This document shows positions 58,636 to 64,000 of a stretch of DNA of 64,000 bases, in pieces (the stretch's first letter is position 1; each line of letters starts with the position of its first letter). Made by a program: the position numbers and the translations under genes. The DNA is from the human T2T-CHM13v2.0 reference genome, Homo sapiens. The notes beneath the pieces are model-generated. The model had not been told where the DNA came from and searched no databases. It saw nothing but the letters and a program-made list of their open reading frames with translations. The stretch lies in assembly GCF_009914755.1 (NCBI RefSeq), contig NC_060928.1, one strand, 5' to 3'.

Positions 58636-58865
58636 TTTTTCCCTTTTTTTTTTTTTGTTTTGAGACAGGGTCTCTCTCTGTCACCCTGGTTGGAGTGCAG
58701 TGGCGTGATCACAATCCACTGCAGCCTTGACTTCCTGGGCTCAGGTGATTCTCCCACCTCAGCCTCCTGAGTAGCTGGGACTACAGGAATGCATCACCAT
58801 GACCGGCTGTTTTCTATTTTTTGTAGAGATGGGGTTTCGCCATGTTGCCCAGGCTGGTCTCAAAC
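58636..58865 (-). mobile_element. AluJ, first part (split by the MER41 provirus)
   Basis: Alu sequence stops at ...ggtctcaaac and resumes at 63610 as aaactcctgggctcaagtgatcc. Confidence 0.88.
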
Positions 58866-61800
58866 TGTTACAGGACAGAGAAATATGTTACAGGAAAAGG
58901 TCCCAATCCAGACCCCAAGAGAAGGTTCTTGGATCTCGTGCAAGAAAGAATTCTTGCACGAGTGAGTGCTCAGTGCAAAGTGAAAGCAAGTTTATTAAGA
59001 AAGTAAAGGAATAAAAGAATGCCTACTCCATAGAGCAGCCCCGAGGGCTGCTGGTTGCCTATTTTTATGGTTATCTCTTGATGATATACTAAACAAGGGG
59101 TGGATTATTCATGTCTCTCCTTTTTAGAACATATAGGGTAACTCCCTGGTATTGCCATGGCATTTGTAAACTCTCATGGCACTGGTGGGAGTGTAGCAGA
59201 GAGGAAGACCAGAGGTCACTCTCGTCGCCATTTTGGTTTTGCTGGATTTTGGCCAGCTCCTTTACTGCAACCTGGTTTATCGGCAAGGTCTTTATGACAT
59301 GTATTTTGTGCTGACCTATCTCATCCTGTGACTCAGAATGCCTTAACTGTCTGGGAATGTAGCCCAGTAGGTTTCAGCCTCATTTCACCCAGTTCCTATT
59401 TAAGATGGAGTTGCCGCCTCTGACATTTCCCCCCTTTCTTTTATAAGAGAACCTTTAATCCTAAGGGTTGCAGAGGGACAAAGATCCATCTTCTGTAACT
59501 TCTTCAGGCTGAATAGGGGCGATGATATTCCTGCCTAACTATGAAGGTCTCTTGCATTCAGGGTATAGAGGAGCTCAGTCAGAAAGCATCAGTATGGTGA
59601 GGGCCATTCATGACTCTTGAGTTTTGACAAGAGGTGATATCTGGAAGATTAATAAGTGTTTAGTTTAAGAAAACATTCAGTAAGCTTGTTCTGTATTCCT
59701 ACACAAAGAGTATAGCAGTAATATATTCCACAAGAGTAAAGCAAAATAAGTAAAGTTATTCCAAGCAAGCTAAATTAGAAGGCTTTCCATCAACTGTGCA
59801 ACTGTTGAAACCAAGCTGATATGGGGTTGGCAGCTGATTGCAATGTGCCCAGAATTAGAATACTGATCCAGACTTTTACATTACCCATCCCTCTTGTTTC
59901 CTCTGAGCAGCAGTTAGAGATCACTGGTTAGTTCACAGGAATAAACAGGGTTAGCTTAAATTGCAGAAACAAACTTAAAAACAACTAGTGAGACTAGAAT
60001 TTAATAACAAGTGTACCATAGTTCTTGAAACATAATAGTTCTCGCTCCAGTTTCCCATTTTTACTAAAGACGAATTATGGTAAGACTGATTTGCTTTATT
60101 ATACTTGGCCTGATTATTTGTATAAAGTACAGCAAGGATAATTATTTTTCACACAGGCATTTTAATTGGCTTTGATGGAACTCTGTTTCATAAGGAATCT
60201 CAGATAAGACTTTTTAAAAAGCCGAGCCCTGCCATGGGTTTGTACCCTGAAATACCTATGAGTTAGGTAAATTCCTGTCCTTTTGAGGTCCCAAGATAAC
60301 TTGGGGCTCCTGGACCTGTGAGAAAGTGAAATTCTTTACTTACCATAGGTCAGAAACCCTATACAGGGACTGTGTAGGCAAGGTATGAGGCCAGTTCCCC
60401 AAAGGGTTTTTATTGGCTCTACAAGTCAAGTTTGATTCCTTAAAGGAAAGCACACCATTCCAGTCAAAGCCTTGGTAAAATAACCCATTTCTCCAATTGT
60501 GTCCTGTTACAAAAGAAAACAGATTCGTATTGCATTTATGCAAATAAGTATATTGCCATAAGTTAAGAATACTCACAACTAATTTCCAAATTCTGAAGTC
60601 AGGTTAGAGAGAAACAAATATGTTCCAAATTTTGTTCACAGCAGTATGCTTTACTCAATTGCTACAAGCTATAAATAGCTCAAAAGAAAAGTTTCCTTGA
60701 CTCTGAAAAACAAAGCAAAGCATGCTTCTCTGTTCCAAGTGTGCGGAGTCAAAGTATCCCTCCATAACTACTATTAGCCATCCCTTAAAGTATATTTCCT
60801 ACCTAGTTATTTCACAGCAAAGCTGTCTCAAAATGCAAAGTAATTTCTGATACCCCCCAAACTCAAAACCATCAGATAACACAATACAAAACAGAACAGA
60901 GCATTTGATTTTGAGAGGGATCCATCTGCTTTTAATTCCTGGGGTTTCAAGATAAAAACAGGTTTTTTCCCAAAACGGAGTCTGTGACACCTCCTTTGTT
61001 TTTCCCAATGAGTCTGTGACACCTCCTTTGTTTTTCCCAAGGAGTCCCAGGCTACCAGAAGTTATCTTAGGGCCTCTCGTGTGTTCATTAAGAGTGGCAA
61101 GACAAAAAAAAAAAAAAAAAAAAAAAGGAGAAAAATAATTCAGTTGACTGAGAAGAAAAAACCTTTTTCCAGAAAAACAAGTTCCAAAAAGAGAAAATCA
61201 TTAATGGCCTTTTAAATATATCTATTGCTTGTTTATCTACTTTTAATTAAGCTGACTTCTAACCATAGTGTTCTTTAAAAAAGAAATACTTTTGGATCTC
61301 TTATTACCTGACTTTAACAATGCCAAGCGGCCAATATTTCTAGCTTCTGAACTCTACCAGAGATAACCTCCTAGGTGCTTAGTGAAAGGAAAATTTAAGA
61401 CAGTCCATGGAGAAGAAGAGAATAGACAAGGTCATGCAGATATGAAACCAGAAATGGTAGGCGGGGAAATCGAACCCTGGCTACCAATATGAAAGTGCAC
61501 GATCTTAGCTACTGAGCTATAGCAAAGCGTGGTCTCCAGTTCCTTTCCCAGGAAGAGTCTAGAGTAGTTAATTTTGAGCTTGCAAAGGCTTTTAACTATT
61601 TAATATGATTTTTAGAGCTATGACATGAATCCTAAAATTCCTATTTCCTGGAAGGTGGAGACCACGGGAAGGTACCACCACATGGTTAAAAGGTCAAGCT
61701 CCCAAGGACATAAAACAAGGTGGAGATTTCATCCAGTTTTTTGTTTGTTTCAGGGACCTGCAGCCAAGTTTATTACTGACCAGCTTGTGAGGTCATCCTG

Positions 61801-63609
61801 AAAAGCGGGCTTACAGGTATTCTAAGCCCATGTTTTATCCTAAAGTACCCCTTTACACAGAAAAACGAATTCATGGCACAAAATACACCAGCTTAAGACT
61901 AGCCTTAGAATTCTTTTTGGCATTAATCAAAACTTTACAGAGGACATAAACACTGATTTTTTCCCCCCATTCATTTAACTATTTGCACACAGAGACAGAA
62001 GCCAGAAATCTGACTGGGAAGAAATTCCTACCCTTTTGCCAGCATGCTAAGCTTCTGGGTTCTCTTTCCCTGAGTGGCCCTAGTGATCTGGCTTGTGGCA
62101 CAACTGCCTTTGGGGGCCAAGCCGCATCATAAAGGAAAAGTATTTCTTTTTGTTCTGGCCAAAGCAAAATACGCGTAATAAAACATAGATATTAACCAGG
62201 CTGCTTAGCATCCAATATCAAACTGGCAAGGCTTAAATTTGCCCTCAGGTGGGCCCTGTCATCTTTAATCTAACCTCCGACTAGGAGTTTCAACATGTGG
62301 TCTCTGGGCAAGATGGTCGCCCTGAGTAATAGAAAAGAAAGAGAAAGGAGAGAGAGAAAAACATTGCCTGTGGCAGGGCGGGGAAGGTGAAATGATCAGG
62401 GAGGCCAGAGAAAGAACCACCCATTGCAGCGACACTAAAAAGTTCAGGTGGCTGCTGTCGGTGGAGCAAGGATCTTTTCCAGTAATCCTACCAGCTCTCA
62501 AATTTCCCTTGTTAGGGAGGAAAAAGCTCCCCATGTCCCAGGATCCTGTACATTCCTAATTCTGTCACCCATAGCCATCAGCAAAGTACAAGGGAGATTA
62601 ATCCAAAGAGAATAGCAGTTAACATCCCATAGTGCCGAACCTGTTCTTAGCCGAGAGGGACTTTACCGAAGAGGGGCCTCTAACCCGCTAAATCTTAGAA
62701 GGGACTCTAACTCTCCTAAGTCGGGCCTCTAACCAGAGGTCGGTCAAGCATCCTTGCCTTTTATTAAGGGGAAGCCTTTAACCACCTCTATCTTAGGAGA
62801 GACTCTAACTCCACTAAGCTGGGCCTCTAACCCAATCCCATTCTTTACCCAGGTACCCCACCACTTACCCAAAGTCTTCCAATCAGTGCTGCAGTCTATT
62901 TCCTTTGTGTTAGGGGGTGTCTCCCCAGTATCGTCCCATCGTTCTCCAGAAATATGTTAGAGGACTCCAATACTTACCCAAAGGTAGCTGTTGGGTCTAG
63001 GTTTCTACACTATTGTCCCTTCGGTGGTTGCCAGAAATATGTTGCAGGACAGAGAAATGTGTTACAGGAAAGGGGTCCTGATGCAGACCCCAAGAGAGGG
63101 TTCTTGGCTCTCGCGCAAGAAAGAATTCAGGGTGAGTCTGCAGTGCACAGTGAAAGCAAGTTTATTAAGAAAGTAAAGGAATAAAAGAATGGCTACTCCA
63201 TAGAGCAGCCCCGAGGGCTGCTGGTTGTCCATTTTTATGGTTATCTCTTGATGATATGCTAAACAAGGGGTGCATTATTCATGCCTCCCCTTTTTAGACC
63301 ATATAGGGTAACTTCCTGACCTTGCCATGGCATTTGTAAACTGTCATGGCACTGGTGGGAGTGTGGCAGTGAGGACGACCAGAGGTCACCCTCGTCGCTA
63401 TTTTGGTTTTGGTGGGCTTTGGCTGGCTCCTTTACTGCAAACTGTTTTATCAGCAAGGTCTTTATGCCGTGTATTTTGTGCTGAACTCCTATCTCATCCT
63501 GTGACTTAGAATGCCTTAACCGTCTGGGAATGCAGCCCAGTAGGTTTCAGTCTCATTTTACCCAGCTCCTATTTAACATGGAGTTGCTCTGGTTCACACG
63601 CCTCTGACA
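58866..63609 (-). mobile_element. Two-LTR MER41A (ERV1, MER4 group) non-autonomous provirus
   Basis: Direct-repeat LTRs at 58866-59425 (3') and 63040-63609 (5') with TG...CA ends and a 4-bp TSD aaac (58862-65 / 63610-13). PPT next to 59425 and a tRNA-Arg-like PBS at 63015-63033. The 3.6-kb internal part has no long ORF. Confidence 0.88.
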
Positions 63610-63693
63610 AAACTCCTGGGCTCAAGTGATCCGCTTGCCTTGCCCTCCCAAAGTGCTGGGTGGGATTGCAGGTGTAAGCTACAGTGCCCGGTC
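63610..63693 (-). mobile_element. AluJ, remainder after the provirus
   Basis: ctcctgggctcaagtgatccgc...cccaaagtgctggg...gtgcccgg continues the interrupted Alu. Confidence 0.85.
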
Positions 63694-64000
63694 TGGGGGG
63701 CACCTTTAAACCAAGTCCCAGCCTTTGCCTGATCTTGCAGTAGAGCTCTGGAGCAAAATTATATCTGAGTTTGTTCAGACAAGTCAACTGGGCTTTTATA
63801 CTCCTGCACCAGTGAGTCACTGGCTAAAGAAGTCAATCCAGAGGGGTATAAACTTCTAAGCACTTTCAATTCTGTGGGTGCAGGTGAAGCCAGGCCATGG
63901 TTTGAGATGCAAAGAAGTGGCCTGGTAGGAGTGGGGTGGTGGAGGCTGTTTACTGACAGTGCTCACTACAGTGGAACAAGAACCTTTATTACTTCCCCTC

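Noticed and set aside
60978-61040. 32-bp direct repeat as a CRISPR-like array
   Set aside because: Only two adjacent copies with no spacer, in a eukaryotic ERV; a simple tandem duplication.
59426-63039. gag/pol/env coding capacity in the provirus
   Set aside because: No ORF of 90 aa or more and no recognisable retroviral protein motifs; a non-autonomous internal sequence.

Overview
This is primate (almost certainly human) genomic DNA carrying the complete 5-exon MGST2 gene (microsomal glutathione S-transferase 2, MAPEG family) on the + strand. The CDS is join(13622..13679, 26146..26245, 42800..42870, 51090..51171, 51651..51783) = 444 nt / 147 aa, and all introns are GT-AG. The rest is mostly interspersed repeats: about 30 Alus, L1/L2/MIR remnants, a dense and partly nested cluster of solo LTRs in intron 1, and a two-LTR MER41A provirus that splits an AluJ downstream of the gene. 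The most notable element is a processed H3F3A (histone H3.3) retrocopy, antisense in intron 3, with an intact 136-codon ORF (I62V, R128H, R129S). It sits inside a near full-length Tigger2 transposon with a perfect 16-bp target-site duplication (TSD) and matches my recollection of H3F3AP6 / histone variant H3.6. Smaller oddities are a tailless 7SK retrocopy, a tRNA-Glu-like relic and duplicated LTR ends in the provirus, two fold-back (template-switch) mutations, an AluYd and a mosaic Alu. I found no convincing wholly new biological system. Repeat subfamily names are from memory of consensus sequences and need RepeatMasker/Dfam confirmation.
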